From the NCBI RefSeq assembly GCF_009914755.1, contig NC_060928.1: a stretch of DNA of 64,000 bases; one strand, 5' to 3'. Positions 30,506-44,977 of the stretch are shown in pieces. The first letter of the stretch is position 1. Each line of letters begins with the position of its first letter. Below the pieces are notes generated by a model, which searched no databases, was not told the DNA's origin, and saw only the letters and a program-made list of their open reading frames with translations. Origin of the DNA: the human T2T-CHM13v2.0 reference genome, Homo sapiens. The translations under genes and the position numbers were made by a program.

Positions 30506-33500
30506 TGAGGATTGAGTTTGACAGGACATAGAAAAGAAAAGCGAGGAACAAATCAAACTTTCTTCAAATACATTAAACCTGACCGGTGCTATTGGCAGAA
30601 TCAGGGAGCATTTAGGAAAATTATTTTGGAAGTGGGCAGTGGGGAGTTGCTTAGTGTAGATTGACCTATTGAATTTGGTGATAAAATGTCATCCAAGAAG
30701 AAATGAATGCCCTGTGTGCAGCTGGAATGATGGGAGCTGGGGCTCATTTGAGAATGAGCCTGGAGATTCAGACTTGCTAATTCCTGGAGATTTTACCACT
30801 CTTCTCTTAGGGAATTTTGCTGTTCTCCCTTTGCTCTGTAGTTTTTATGTAGATTGATTGTTTTATTACAGTGAAACAGAAATCAAAATTATTACCAGAC
30901 CCACTCCTTTCCAGATTGTGTGTACAGTCACACATAGAAAGGAGAATTAATTTTCTCTACATTTTTCAGAAAGTTTGCTTGTAGTTTTTATATGGTGCTC
31001 ATACTTGCTTAGCTAGTGAACAAAAGGGTGGATTCCAGAGAGAAGAGCCAAAGCTGAAACGCTTTTGATTCAATTACATAGCAAATAGAAATGCTATTTC
31101 TGATTTTTCAAAAAATAATTTTGGCTTTTCTATATATGACTATTTGATAAGGACTTAATAAAAGGTAGATTTTCTGGATGAAGACTAGTGAATGCAATTA
31201 CAGCCCCCTAGCTACACCAGGCTGACATGCTTGTGCTTCCTCCTGCAGAGACCTGACTCACAGCTGATAAGTGCCTTTAGGGTGAGATGGGAACCTGTCG
31301 TGTTAAAAGCAGCCTCTGAGCTAGAGAGAAGGTGTATCCATAGTCTGGCTGGCAGGTAGTTTCTACCAAGGGACATGTTGGCATCTATCCTATGGTCTGA
31401 AGAATGACACACCCATTTCCTTCTGAGTAGCTATATGAAGAATGTGCACATTTGGCTGGACAGAAAAAGTTCTCTCTCTCTGATGGATCATTTAGAAGGG
31501 TATATGTGTGGATAATATTTCAGCCCACTGAAAATGAAGTGCTTTCCTTAATGGGCATCATGTTTATAGGAGTAGGATCCTCCTTCAAAAAGACCTGAGG
31601 GATTACTGGAATCTTCAGACATATCTGAGCCCAAATCCCAGCTCTGCCTCTTGTGAGCTGCTTGACATTGAATTAGAACTTGGATAAGGTGTAGGATAAT
31701 GACAGAAATAAGGGAGCTGGTGTAATGAGGGAAAGATAATCCAGATATGTTAGACTTACTGACTTTGAATGTAAAGCCCAAAAGACAGAGGACTGGAATG
31801 CAGGAGAGAACATAAAGCTGGATATTCAGATTTGAGACTCACCTTTAAAATAAAGCCATGCAGCAGAGGTGACTCTGCCTCCGATGAAGCATGTGTATAT
31901 TTGGGGTGTCACTGCATAATCCCAGCACTGCCAGAGGGAACATAGGAATATATTAAAAAGTGGTTTATAAGGTTTAAAATGGGCAGAGTTATTTTTTGAA
32001 TATTTTTTCTAAGCAGCGACGCATATAGATTTATTCTAAATAAGTGCACCAAACGTAAAATTATTCTTTGAGTTGAGCTTAACAGAGCCAATTTTTATAC
32101 AGCTTCCGCAATTCACCCAAGTTAGCTCATGTCGCCAGATTCTGTCCTTCCAGATTGATGTGTTTAATAGCATCTGTCAGCAATGGTTGCAGAGTAGCAT
32201 TTTAATAGTTCCCACAGATTTTCATCAGAATATGCTGTACTCCAATCACAGTGCCAATGACAACTCCCCAGTTGGCATTGCAAACACTGTCTTTAGCAGA
32301 GGTGGCCATGCTGCAGGCATTTGAGAGATACTGACAGTTGCAGCAGTTGGAGGTTGGTTAACAAATGAAGCACCGAAGATGGTGTTTATGTGGCTGTGTG
32401 TACCCAAGTAGTGATTTATGTTATTTTCAGCAGAGATGCAAACTCTGTAGTTAAAGCAAGCTGCCTCTTTCTGGAATAGTGAATGTGTTAGGTAACAAAA
32501 GCATAGGAGAGTCTGGACTTTTAGGCAAATTAAAAGTCTAAAAGCTTCTTGCACAAGAGACAAATTGGAAGGTAATTAATTATACAAAATGAGGATTCAC
32601 CATGGAGTTTCTTCAAACATCCAGTTTCCCTTGTTACTTAAAGTATTTAATTAAAATTCATTACCCACAACATCTCTTACATAAAGCATGGCTCCCCACA
32701 TTGATTTCAACTGATTTAGTTCATTATGAGGAACACTTTTTGCAGAGGGTATTCATTCCTACAAAATTAATAGGTTACCTTAATAACATCTGAACTGGAA
32801 ATAAGATTTATCCCAGCTTAGCTTTATGCTATTCATATTTTGGTGTGAGCTACAAGCATGCATGTGTTACACTAATCTCCCAATAATTGACTTCCCTTCT
32901 CTAGCCCCCTTTCTTTATTCAGGGAAAGAATGAATACACAGTTCCTACTCCCCTCGGATTGCCTGCCTATCTTTGACAATATATCAGGACTTAGGAAACA
33001 TTCCATAAGAAAATAAAACCCGAAGGCTCTCCTGGAGTCTCTGGTGATAAGTTAGGTCCTGTCTACATTGTGGTTCCATCAACAGCCTCCTTCCTCCACC
33101 CAATCCTAGTTTTAAAAATGACCACACAACATAGAGTGTCCCTGACGGGAAAGAGCGTTAATTGTCAGAGGTACTGGGTCTCATAGACGAGAGGCAGCTT
33201 ACCTAAAGACCCACAAAGCCAGATGGAGACTTCAGAGATCCAAACTCTGCCTCAGTACATCCAGCCTGGTACACTCAAGGGAGCAACCAACTTCATTCTC
33301 ATTTAGATGTCTGTAAAGGACAATGATCCTCAGATTCTAAGAACTTCATCCCAACACTGTAAGTTTTAAAAGCTGCTATTTAGAAGACAGTTTAGGAGGC
33401 AGAAAAGGAGCTGAAAGGCAGATATCATAATTAATTAAAACCTTACATTGGTGCATTACTTAATTACTTACCAGTCCTTTCCTTTCAGCATGCTTGACAA

Positions 33501-35309
33501 AACAGACCATCTGTGGGGAGAATAGGTGGTAGAAGAGAAAACATGACTATTCCGCTATCAGAGACCTTTATTCAGAGAGGTCAGGTGCAGGAGACATTAA
33601 GCATTAAAATCCATGAGGTGTAAATAGGACCAAATTGCAACAGTCAATGGAAAGGTTGTATGAAATATATTAATAAAACAAATGTATATGTTTTTCCAGT
33701 ATGCCTTCCTCCATATAATTTAGATACCTGGGTTCCTTGCACACAGCAGGCACTCTATACATAGTTGTTGAATTGAACTTAAACAAATAAAAATCTAAAA
33801 GATATTTAAGAAGTAAACTAAGCAACGCATAAAATAAATGGTATGATAGAATGCCATTCTAATGAATATGTGCTAGCTTATACCTCAAAGCACTGATAAA
33901 GGCAGGCCAGGTTTTCTAAAAACAAAGTGTGGGTCCCTGATTGTTGTTGAGTGCTGCTTCCTCTGCTTCTTCAGCCTCCGGGAGCCATTCAGCCTGATGC
34001 GTGTCGTATCATGACTCATTTTGAAAACTGCCCCAGAAGTTTCTGGACTTTTTTTTAATAAGGTGGAAAAACACAATCATATTTATCTGGGTTTTTGTCT
34101 TTTTTTTTCCTGGATGCATCTGTGGGTGTGTGCAGCAGCTTGGCTTTCCTGGGCATCAGCTTGGAGAGTACCTCTGGGACACTGACAGGTCCAGCTGCCT
34201 CTTGCTTTGTTGAAGGATGTGGGAAGCACTCCATTCCTGACGCTCAGAGCTGATGCCATGAGGAGTAATCATCTTTCTCTGATAGCGGCTGCAAAGCACT
34301 TTTAGAAAATCATTAGCAGTTACAAGAGTTGAGAGCCTTTGGGCCCAGGTTCCAATTAGACAGAGGTTAACATAGTAGCCTCATATTGATTGAGCTCTTT
34401 GTGTTAGGCATTGTGATTAGCTCTTTACGTGGCCTATCATTTATTTATATTGCAAGTTATGGGAAACCTGATGAACCATGCCTTAGCTCACAAGGTATAT
34501 AGTGTTTATTTAACAGGAAGTCTGGAGATAGGCATCCTAGGCCTGGCCTGGTGGATCAACAATATCATCAAGGAGAAAGTCTCCTTCTGCCTTTCACTCT
34601 CATCATTCTTAGTGGGTTTACTGGCATCCTTGGCTTCACAGGATGGCTGCCACTGTGCTAGACACAGTTGCGTTAAGGACAGGAAGGAGGAGGAAAGAAT
34701 AGTCACCAAGAGAGTTCCCTTTCTTATATATTGCTTTTATAAAGAGGCAAACACTTTTTCAGATGTCTCATAGCGTATGTTCCATCAATCTCATTTCACA
34801 GAACTGCGGCACATAGATGCCCTTAGTTGCAAAGAAGGCTACAAAAGAGCCTTTAGCTTGGAAATGGATTGGAAGTGGCTGTTGGATTAGCCAAGCAATC
34901 GTATCTGCCTTAGATGGATTATTTATTTAATTCTTAAAATATCCCTTTGAATGGAGATATTGCTGTTATTTCATGTTAGTAGATGAGGAAGCAGAATGAT
35001 TAATGAACTTGTCCAAGATCACAAAGCTAATAAGTGGTTTGACCTATAGTTTTAACCATTGCGGGTAGCTGTATGGCTTGGTGTTTAAGAGGGCAAGAGA
35101 TAATTCAAGGTATACTACTACTTAGTCCAAGGTGTCCTACTTTCTAACTGTGTATCTTGGGATGTTATTTAACCTCTTTGTGCCTCAATTTGCTCTTGTA
35201 AGATGGAGATATAATATTTCCCATAGGTTTATTGTAAAGATTAGGTGACTTATTACACATAAAATACCCAGAATATGGCATGTAATAAGCATTAGAAAAG
35301 AGTTACTAA

Positions 35310-35795
35310 GAAGCCATGAAGCAAGCAGCTTTGTTTGTAATAACCCTGAACCAAAAACAGCCTAAATGCTCATCATTTGTAGAATGGGAAAAAATTGAGA
35401 TATATTCATACAACCAAGTACAATTTATAATGATAAATGATGAGTTAGTAATACACATAGCAACAGAGGTGAGTCTCACAGTGAGTGAAAGAATTGAGGC
35501 AAAAGAGAATATATTGCATAATTCCATTTATATGAAGTTCAGATACAGAAAAACCTAATCTGTTGTGTAAAGTCATAATGTTCCATCACAATAAGCATTA
35601 TCTTTGGAGAGTTAAGTGTTGAGAGGACATGAGGGGGTGTTCCGGGGTGCTGAAAAGGTTCTGTATCTTGATCTTGCTGGCGGTAGCACAGGTATACACA
35701 TGTAAAAATTCATTGTTTTGTACAATTAAGACGTGTGCATTTTACTGCATGCAAGTTGTATTTCATTTTTAATAGTAAATAGAAATAAATAAAAG
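35310..35795 (+). mobile_element. L1ME-type 3' fragment
   Basis: gcagctttgtttgtaataacc...attccatttatatgaagttca...gttctgtatcttgatct...gtaaaaattcattg. Confidence 0.75.
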
Positions 35796-37021
35796 AAACC
35801 ATGAAGTATACCCATTCATGCTGACTGGCATCTTCGGTGAAAACCCTTAGAAGAAAATGGTGGCAGAGAGAAGAGAAAGAGGCACATCAATATTACAGAT
35901 TATTTGCCTTCTCAGAAAGCCCCTGGTTTCCTCTCCCCCATCAGAGGAAACACCCTCTAAGTTTGAGCTGTTTTCCCAGTTGTGGAGATGTGTTTGCACT
36001 GGAACCATCTCTGTCCCCTTCCCCGTTCCCTGGATGGTCAGCAATGAACTCTGGCAGTGAAGCCAACATGAATACAAAGCCTGGTTGCATTTCATGAACA
36101 TTATCCTATAATCAGTCAAATTGCCTACTGATTCACCGAAAAGAAGGCCAGGATGCATTAGCCTGGGATGCCACTGAGAACTGTCCTTTCAAAGGCAAAG
36201 TGCCATGGAGCTGACCACTTAAAGGGCTCCAGCTCTCTGGGGAACAAGGAGTCATGGATGGTGCAATTAGCTGAGGTAGAGACATCAGGAAAAGAAGTGG
36301 ACAAGTGGCTACAAGAGCATTAGGCTACAAGAGCAGCCTCAGTCATTTGGGCAATTCTAAGCCTAGAAAAGATCCTCTGAAGGAAGAGGTTCCAAATCAA
36401 AACAAGGCAATATTTGGGCTTTGTAAAATTCTGATTTTTGCCAGGGGCTGCAGGGTTTGAGAAATGACTTGATAGCAGTTTGTGCTTATAGGAGGTGGGT
36501 AGAAGGGTATGCCACCCCTCGACTAGGCAACAGATGTCTGAATTTTACAAACACCCAAACTCAAAGACTTTTTATCTTTTTAGTCCCATGAGAATTTTTT
36601 TTTTTTTTAATTTCAGTGAATGATTGAGCAAACAAGAGAAGGATACAGGGAGTAAACTGGTCTCCCAGGCCAGTGTGTGTGACCTGCAGGCACAGGAGTG
36701 AGGATAGGAAGGAATGAATCACCACCTTGGCTCTACAGAATCAGAGTGTCTGTCTTTGTTTAAAGCTGGTCACTGGCAGAACATTCAAAGTGATGCCTGA
36801 GTTCTCTCCCTCCCTTCCGCTTGGAAATGCCTGAAAATTCTGCCAGAAAAGTGAGGCATAGAGAAGGGAGACTGCCACCAAAGCTGCCCAGGAAGCATGT
36901 CCAGGTCAGTCTCCATCTTGGCCTCTGGTGGACCCAGCCGCAGCTTTGGCCTACACTGCCCCAGCAGATCCCTTGTCCCATTAGTCTTGGGTCTGCAGAG
37001 GGTTACCCTGGGAGTGGGCTG

Positions 37022-37153
37022 CAGGGCCCAGGATGGAGCGCAGGCTAAGCCATGGGCACATCTTAATTTGTAAGTTACATATTTAGACATGCTTTGTGTG
37101 GGCCTTTGTGTGTACTCTTGCCCTGGATCCCACAAATGTTGGGACTGGGTCTG
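37022..37153. mobile_element. MER91-like hAT element
   Basis: Terminus cttgccctggatcccacaaatgttgggactgggtctg resembles the recalled MER91 end. Confidence 0.5.
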
Positions 37154-39019
37154 TGAAAGGAAAGAACCAGAGAACCTGATGTTGTCCTTCGGAAAATCTC
37201 CTTCCCACTCCCCACCACCCATGCCCATATCCACCTTCAACCACAAAGTGATGGAAGAGAAGCTGCTTGCCCTCCTGCATTGTCTCTCTTTCTCTCCATG
37301 GCCCCACCCTGAGAAACCCCAATACAGGGCATTTGGGATTTCAGACATTCGTTGGCGTCCTTGCTCAGCTCGGCTTCCTTCTGGTGTGACCACTATAGTC
37401 CCTCCCATCCTAGAAGCAGTAAGTTTAAGGGACTGACAAAGACAGATGTTGCATCTAAGGAAAAAAAAAAAAAAGAAAAATGGCATATTTTTCTCCCAGG
37501 AAGTACAGCATTCTTCACAAATGTTATTCTTTCATTAGAATTCACAGCACCGTGGGGAGCCTGCTGATATGATTAGAACTGATTTTATGGATGGAGAAAT
37601 TGAGTCATTCACCAGGTCTGCAGGTTGTGATTCAGTGGCTAGAAAACAGAAGCTCTTTCCTCTTTTTGGATTGAATTATGTCTCATTTCCATAAGCAAAA
37701 TACTCAGGAGAATATGGCTTTCCTACTTCAAGCAAGTATCTTCTTAGACACAGTTTGATGGTTTTGGGGCATACACATTCTGTTTTGACATATGATAGCT
37801 TTCAAATACCATATGGTTGGACCACACTCTAATTAGGAATGGTTTTGTAGATGTTAGATGAGCCTTCTGGAGCATTGGGTGCCCTCAGCAGAGCCCACCA
37901 AAGACAACTTGGGAAACTGTGTAGGTGCGAAACTTTTGTAGGTCCCTAACAGTGGCTCAACCTAAAACACACTGAAACCTAGCTTTGAAATGTAAATAAA
38001 TAATTATCATTTTAACATTCTCTCTCTCTCTCTCTCTTAAATACCTGCTGAAATTCAATTCATTCAATGTAAAGATGTTAAAACTAGCCTGTGTTTGCCC
38101 CAGCTGATAGGTGGTCACCAAAAGCTGGTGACCTTGGTCTAGATCATGCATAAAGAAAGGAAATCCCTGCAGTCTCCAAAGTAAAAACAAGCAAACAAAT
38201 ATAACAAAAGTCTGTCTGGAGGCCCATCCACAATTTTGTGTTAACAGGTCATTTTCATGGAGCTTGCAGACAAATCACAGGGAGGACACATTTCTGCTAT
38301 CATGACTCAGCATATAAGCTAGAGAACATTTCTGTTTTCAAAGGGTAGAAAATCCATGTTTCTACTCAATGAATATTTATTGAGCACTTTCTCTGTGCCA
38401 GGCACTAAGACACAAAGAACAAGTTTAGTTTTTATTATCAGGGCTCCTAGCCTGAAGGGGTACAAGCCTGGAGAAAGACTATGGCTCAACATGATGTGTG
38501 CTGTCATTAGAGTCTGTGTGAAGTGAGGTGGCTGCACACAGGAGGAAGTGTCTATCAAGTTGCAGAATATTTCATAGAGAAGGTAAGGCTCTGGATTTCT
38601 CAGAACTGGGATGGCAAGAGGGTAGACATGGAGAGCAGAGTCAGGGTAGAAAGAGCAGCAGTGCAAAGGCAGGGAGGCAGATGGCCATGGGATACTCCAG
38701 GAGCTTACAGGGATTCAGACTGACAAGACCGCACTGCTCATGAGGGGTAAACTGGAGAGACTGTGAAAGGTGGCATGTCTTGTGCCAAGGAGCTCAGGTT
38801 TTATCCCAAAGACAGTAGGAATCCTGTGATCAGATTAAAGGGAAGGGGAAGGGTTCATACAGTCTAATAACTTTTAAAAAGTCACTTAGTTGCCCACACT
38901 AGGGAATGTACTAGAAAAGATAGAAGCAAACTGGTTACCAACTGCCTCCAAGGAGACATGGAGCCCAAACTTCAAAAACACCTTTGCATTTCCCAATTCA
39001 ATACTATAGAATCATTAAA

Positions 39020-39220
39020 AAGCTGGTGGTTAAAAGTTAAACAGTGTTGCATTCAAGCTTCAGCTGTACCGTGTGCTAGCAGTGTGACCTTAGGGAAATT
39101 ACTGAACTTTTCTGAGCTTCTGTCTTATCATCTGTGAAACCGAGATAACAATGGTGCCTACCTCACAGAGGTTATATTTCAATTAAATAAGATGATGTAT
39201 GTAAAGCGCTCAGTACACTT
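39020..39220 (+). mobile_element. MIR
   Basis: tgtgaccttagggaaattactgaac...catctgtgaaac...cctacctcacagag...gtaaagcgctcag. Confidence 0.75.
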
Positions 39221-40278
39221 GTTAATATATGTGTTAAACAGTCCCACTGGCCTTTTCAGCAGTTCACGATGGTGGCCGTAACAGGTGGAGAAACTGGTAG
39301 CAATTACTCAGCACACAGACCTTCAGCAGCTGTGTGGCCTCTGCCAGGCGACCACAAGCAATGCTCCCGGCTGACTTGGCAGCAGCAGGAAAGGGCTTGA
39401 CTGCATTTTGATCAAGTTTCACCAAGTTTGCCAAAGCTTTGCCACATGTTTTCTCACGTGCTTGACAAGCTGAGAGCAGGGAAAGACATGGCCAGGGACA
39501 GAAAAAAAGAATAGGTGAGCAACACAGAAAATCAGGCTGTCTGCAACTCTGCCACTGGCCCAGGTTGTTGCTCATGGAATCCAGGAAAAGGTGACAGAGT
39601 TCAGGGCACTCACTGCCCATATTCCTGACACCCAGTCAGGTCAGGAGGCACAGAAGGCAGACTCTCTACGCTACAATGCCTCTACCTCCTCTCAGCACCA
39701 TAAGAACTCACCTGCATGTCCCAACAATCAGCCCCCCACATCCCTCCTAGCAGGTCTAGAAACTGAGGACCAAGCCAAACACTAGCTCTTTTAAATATCA
39801 AATGGATGTAAACTATAATAGTGGTCTCCCCATAGAGGACAATACACGTGGAAACATATAGTTTTCTATCCAACCAAGAATCTGGTTTTCTTCAGAGAAA
39901 CAATCCGTCAGCTATTCTTGCAGCAAAAAAGCTTGAACCTGACCAGACTTCAGGAACCACTGCTATCTGTAAACTTACAAGGAGGAATTCCAGATTGAAC
40001 TGGTTATCAGGCTTTTAGGCTGCACACATGGGCTAAGTCTAAGAGATGCCCTTCCCTGAATCTGTCCCTTTCATGTCTGTGGGCCTGTCACTGCCCCAGC
40101 AGGACACACCATCTCTGGCAATGTCACTGTGTTTTGAAACAATGCTCATTCACCTCTAACTGAGAAAGTAATGGGTTCAGTTTCTTCATCATATCTTCTC
40201 AAGGAAATACTAATACTAATTATTTTCTTCAAAGAAAAGTGGCTGTGTTTTGGGTGGGAAGGTGTATGGAGGCATGAC

Positions 40279-41423
40279 TTTTTAATTTTTTTTTATTATA
40301 CTTTAAGTTGTAGGGTACATGTGCACAACTTGCAGGTTTGTTACATATGTATACATGTGCCATGTTGGTGTGCTGCACCCATTAACTTGTCATTTACATT
40401 AGGTATATCTCCTAATGCTATCCGTCCCCCCTCCCCCCACCCTACGGCAGGCCCCGGTGTGTGATGTTCCCCATCCCTTGTCCAAGTGTTCTGATTGTTC
40501 AATTCCCACCTATGAGTGAGAACATGTGGAGTTTGGTTTTCTTTCTTCGTGATAGTTTGCTGAGAATGATGGTTTCCAGCTTCATCCATGTCCCTACAAA
40601 GGACATGAACTCATCTTTTTTTATGGCTGCATAGTATTCCATGGTGTATCTGTGCCACATTTTCTTAATCCAGTCTATCATTGATGGACATTTGGGTTGG
40701 TTCCAAGTCTTTGCTATTGTGAATAGTGCCACAATAAATATACATGTGCATGTGTCTTTATAGCAGCATGATTTATAATCCTTTGGGTACATACCCAGTA
40801 ATGGGATGGCTGGGTCAAATAGTATTTCCAGTTCTAGATCCTTGAGGAATCGCCACACTGTCTTCCACAATGGTTGAACTTAAATGTTAGACCTAAAACC
40901 ATAAAAACCCTAGAAGAAAACCTAGGCAATACCATTCAGGACATAGGCAGGGGCAAGAACTTCATGACTAAAACACCAAAAGCAATGGCAACAAAAGCCA
41001 AAATTGACAAATGGGATCTAATTAAACTAAAGAGCTTCTGCACAACAAAAGAAACTACCATCAGAGTGAACAGGCAACCTACATAATGGGAGAAAATTTT
41101 TGCGATCTACCCATCTGACAAAGGGCTAATATCCAGAATCTACAAAGAACTTAAATAAATTTACAAGAAAAAATCAAGCAACCCCATCAAAAAGTGGGCG
41201 AAGGATATGAACAGACACTTCTCAAAAGAAGACATTTATGCAGCCAACAGACACAGGAAAAAATGCTCATCATCACTGGCCATGAGAGAAATGCAAAACA
41301 AAACCACAATGAGATACCATCTCACACCAGTTAGAATGGTGATCATTAAAAAGTCAGGAAACAACAGGTGCTGGAGAGGATGTGGAGAAATAGGAACACT
41401 TTTACACTGTTAGTGGGACTGTA
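40279..41423 (-). mobile_element. 5'-truncated, 5'-inverted L1PA (about PA3-PA5), twin-priming structure
   Basis: 40279-40880 is the L1 3' end on the minus strand (ORF ...HMFSLIGGN*); 40881-41423 is the adjacent upstream ORF2 segment on the plus strand. Confidence 0.93.
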
Positions 41424-41819
41424 GACATTTTTTTAACTTCTTCAGCTGCCCAGTCTCACATGCGCTCCTCATTGCATTCTCTGTAGTAGTGGTTGCTAAA
41501 GTAAGTTCCACCAGCCTTTTTGAGGCTGGGACACAGGGTATCAGTGGGGGTCACAGGGCAGGAGTTCTAGTTCTGACTCTGTTGCTGCACAGTTCTTTCC
41601 AGGTAGACACTGTCCAATTCTTCCTCTTAGTGTAAGGTCAGTTACACCACTTCCTCTCTCTGTGTCTGCTCCCTCATTTATCAAATTAAGGGTTAAACTC
41701 ACTCATTATTTAGGCCCTCCCTAGCTCTAAAATTTCCTTGAAATCCTGAGAAAGGCTACATTCTTACTGGTTTGACTTATGCAGTTTCGTATTCCTGCAG
41801 AGACACGAGTTCTACACTG

Positions 41820-42187
41820 ATTCTGAATGTTGAAGCTTTAGCCCCCAGTGTGATGGTATTTGAGGATGGGGCCTCTAGGTGGTAATTAAAGTTAGATGAG
41901 ATCATGTGGGTGGGGCCCTTATGATGGAATTAGTGCCCTTATAAGAAGGGACATTAAAGAACTTACTCTCTGTCTTCACTCGCATGCCATGTGAGGAAAG
42001 GTCACGTGAGGACACAGATAGAAGGCGATCATCTTCAAGCCAGGGGGTGGGCCCTCACCAGAAACTGAATCAGACAGCACTTTGATCTTGAGCTTCCTAG
42101 CCTTTACAACTGCGAAAATTAAATTTCTGTTGTTTAAGCCACCCAATCTGTGGTATTTAGTTACAGCAGTCCTAGCCGACTAAGACA
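41820..42187 (+). mobile_element. MLT1A-like solo LTR
   Basis: cccccagtgtgatggtatttg...gtgcccttataagaag...gtttaagccaccca...gactaagaca. Confidence 0.85.
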
Positions 42188-44074
42188 GCAAGCATTCTCT
42201 ACGATCATCATGGTGCCTTAGCCCTGGCTATCTTTGTATTGGAAATAGACCTACCCCAGGAGTCAGTGCATTATGGAATGTACCATCAAATAAGGCAAAG
42301 CAGAGGCTTCTAAAGCCTCATTCAAATGAAGATAACCAACATTGTCATACAATTTCATGCATTGTTAGTTTGATAGGAACAGAAATTGCCTGAACTTGGC
42401 TGTAAAGTTCTTTAAATAAGTACTCAGTAGATAGCTATGGGAAATGAATGACCACTTCCAGTCCTCTTTGGAAGCAGGCAGGGTAGGAATTGTAAAAGTG
42501 TATTAGTAAGATTAAACAAGAAAATGGATATTTCCAGCAACAAAACCAATTCTCAGAGCTTGTCATTTTCAGCACTGTAATGATTTCTATGGTACAGCTT
42601 TTAGCTCCACTGGAAACGACAATGCAAGTGTCATTCTGAACATCAGATATCTTAAGTGGTATCTTGTGCATTCTTATTCTTTCAGGACGAATTCAAATGT
42701 CATCTCTTCTGTGACTTTTCTAAATGTCATTCGAAAATGGCATTTGTATATTTTTACATTCCATGGTATCAGTACAGAATTTATTAATCTTTCCTCAGAG
42801 TTTCCATTACAACTTGGTTTTACTTTTATATAGCACTTATCATCTCATATTACAGGAAGCTGAGTATGAGCTCTCTGAGGGAAAAGCTCAATAAATTCTT
42901 GAATGAATGAATGAATGAATGAATTGGTTCTCCTTTGTAGATGACTGATTTCTCATTTATCTCAGGCTTGACAAGACTCTTTGACTCGACTAACAGACTG
43001 AGGCTCTCTCTACCTCCATCTGCCTATCTATTACATGATGCTATGAATGGTAAATGGTGTCATTTTTTTTTTTTTGCCCTTGGAATCTTCAATCAGCCAT
43101 GACAGCTGCCAGAATGCAAAGCCAGTAAGCTCCAAAGGTCATAGATAGGATCCCATGTTTTAATAATATTTGTCCCAACTGTTGTTTTGTCCATATTTCA
43201 AAGATTTCTTGATCTGTATTCATTCTAAAACTGTTGACAGTTCACAGCTGCCAAAAGACCACCGTAACAGCATGGAATAGCATGTGGCCTAAGTTGGGAG
43301 GTCTGTCCTCCTCTTTACCAGGAAATTAACTCTCCTGAAGCTTATGGCCTTGATGAACTCCTTTTAAATAAAATAAAGCCAATTATTTTGATGACAATCC
43401 AAATGTTAAATTCAGAATAAACTCTATAGCACGGCCTTCCATCAGCTCCTGAGTCAGCCAAGTGGCAAATGATGATGTAAGCAGATTTTAGCCTAGTACC
43501 TGAATGTTTCCCTTTTGGTCTTTTCTCCCTTCCTCTGACTGGCATCTAGGCCATGTTCTATTCCTTTTGAATATTGATTATGGTTGGCCTTTACCTATTT
43601 GACACCTTCAAGGAAATATCCTCAGGGTACATAGAGTTAAATAGTTGAAGACCTAACTAGACATCAGTCATAGGCATATGTTATGTTGGAATTAAAATGA
43701 GTGAAGCTGATCTTTAAGCAAGAATCTTGCCCTCAAATAATACCAGGTAGGCAGCCCTCCCTGAGGAAGCCATGATGGATGTGGCCATAACTAAAGTGAC
43801 ATGTGGAAAAGAGTGGAAAGATGTTGGAGTATTCATGAATAAGGTTCTTGGGTTAATTCATTTTTCTACTCTTTCTTCCTTTCTCCCGCAAGTCCTTATT
43901 AAGCACTTACCTAATGCTGTCCTAGGCTCAGGGGAAACAGCAATGAGTAAGACCAGGTCACTGTGCCCTCATTGAGCTTTTATTCCAGTAGAAGAGACAA
44001 TAAATAAGTGAATAAATAAATATGTAATTTCAGGAAAACACTTCTCTTATTGTGAAAGACGAAAATGAGCAAAG

Positions 44075-44680
44075 GGTATGGCATTTCCTCAAAAAAATTA
44101 AGCAAAAAATTACCATATGATTCATTAATTCCACTTCTGGGAATATGCCCAAAAGAACTGACAGCAAGGACTCAAACAGATATTTGTTCACCCACGTTCA
44201 TGGCAACAATATTCACAGTAGCCCAAAGATGGAAACAGCCCAAGTATCTATCAGTGTATGAACGGATAAACAAAATGTGATACATACATACAGTGGAATA
44301 TTATTCAGCCTTAAAAAGGAAGTAAATTCTGCCACATGCTATCACATGGATGAAACTTGAAGTCATTTTGCTAAGTGAAATAAGCCAGTCATAAAAGGAC
44401 AAATATTGTATGATTCTACTTATGTGAGGTACTTAGAGCAATCCAATTCATAGAGACAGTAGAGTGTAGAATGGTTGGTTGTTTTTATGCCATTCCCATG
44501 GGGAAAAGGGAGTTGTTTAATAGGCACAGAGTTTGAGTTTGGGAAAATGAAAAAGTTCTGCAGATGAATAATGATGGTTGCACAATATGTATATATAGTT
44601 ACTGCCATTGAACTGTACACTTAAAATTGGTTGTAATAGTAAAGTGTTAGCATACTTTACCACAATAAAAAATTAAAAAA
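44075..44680 (+). mobile_element. L1MA/MB-type 3' fragment
   Basis: aattaccatatgat...ggaatattattcagccttaaaaagga...gaactgtacacttaaaa...accacaataaaaa. Confidence 0.85.
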
Positions 44681-44977
44681 AATTTTTTTAAATAGACAAC
44701 AGGCTAGAGTAGAAAAGAATTAGTTAAGGCTTGTCTGGGAAGACTCCTTTGAGGAAGAGGTGACACAATCAAAGTGATGACGAGAACATGAGATTACATA
44801 GGGAAGCAATTCTGGATTTTGTTCTAAGTACAACAGAACACCTTTGGAGGGTTTTGATCAGTGAAAGGACATGAGCTGATTTACTGCTATAAAAGATCAT
44901 GCTGGCTGCTAAGTGGAAAGCACATTAAAAGGGAGGAAACCAGGGGGCTAGAAGACCAATTAAGAGACTATTACAGT

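Noticed and set aside
36307-36335. Short direct repeat ggctacaagagca x2 (similar micro-duplications near 9192 and 51786)
   Set aside because: Ordinary slippage-type micro-duplications with no further structure.
36785-37486. 233-aa minus-strand ORF
   Set aside because: It begins in a poly-T run (poly-Phe), crosses a MER91-like repeat and resembles no protein family I know; most likely chance.
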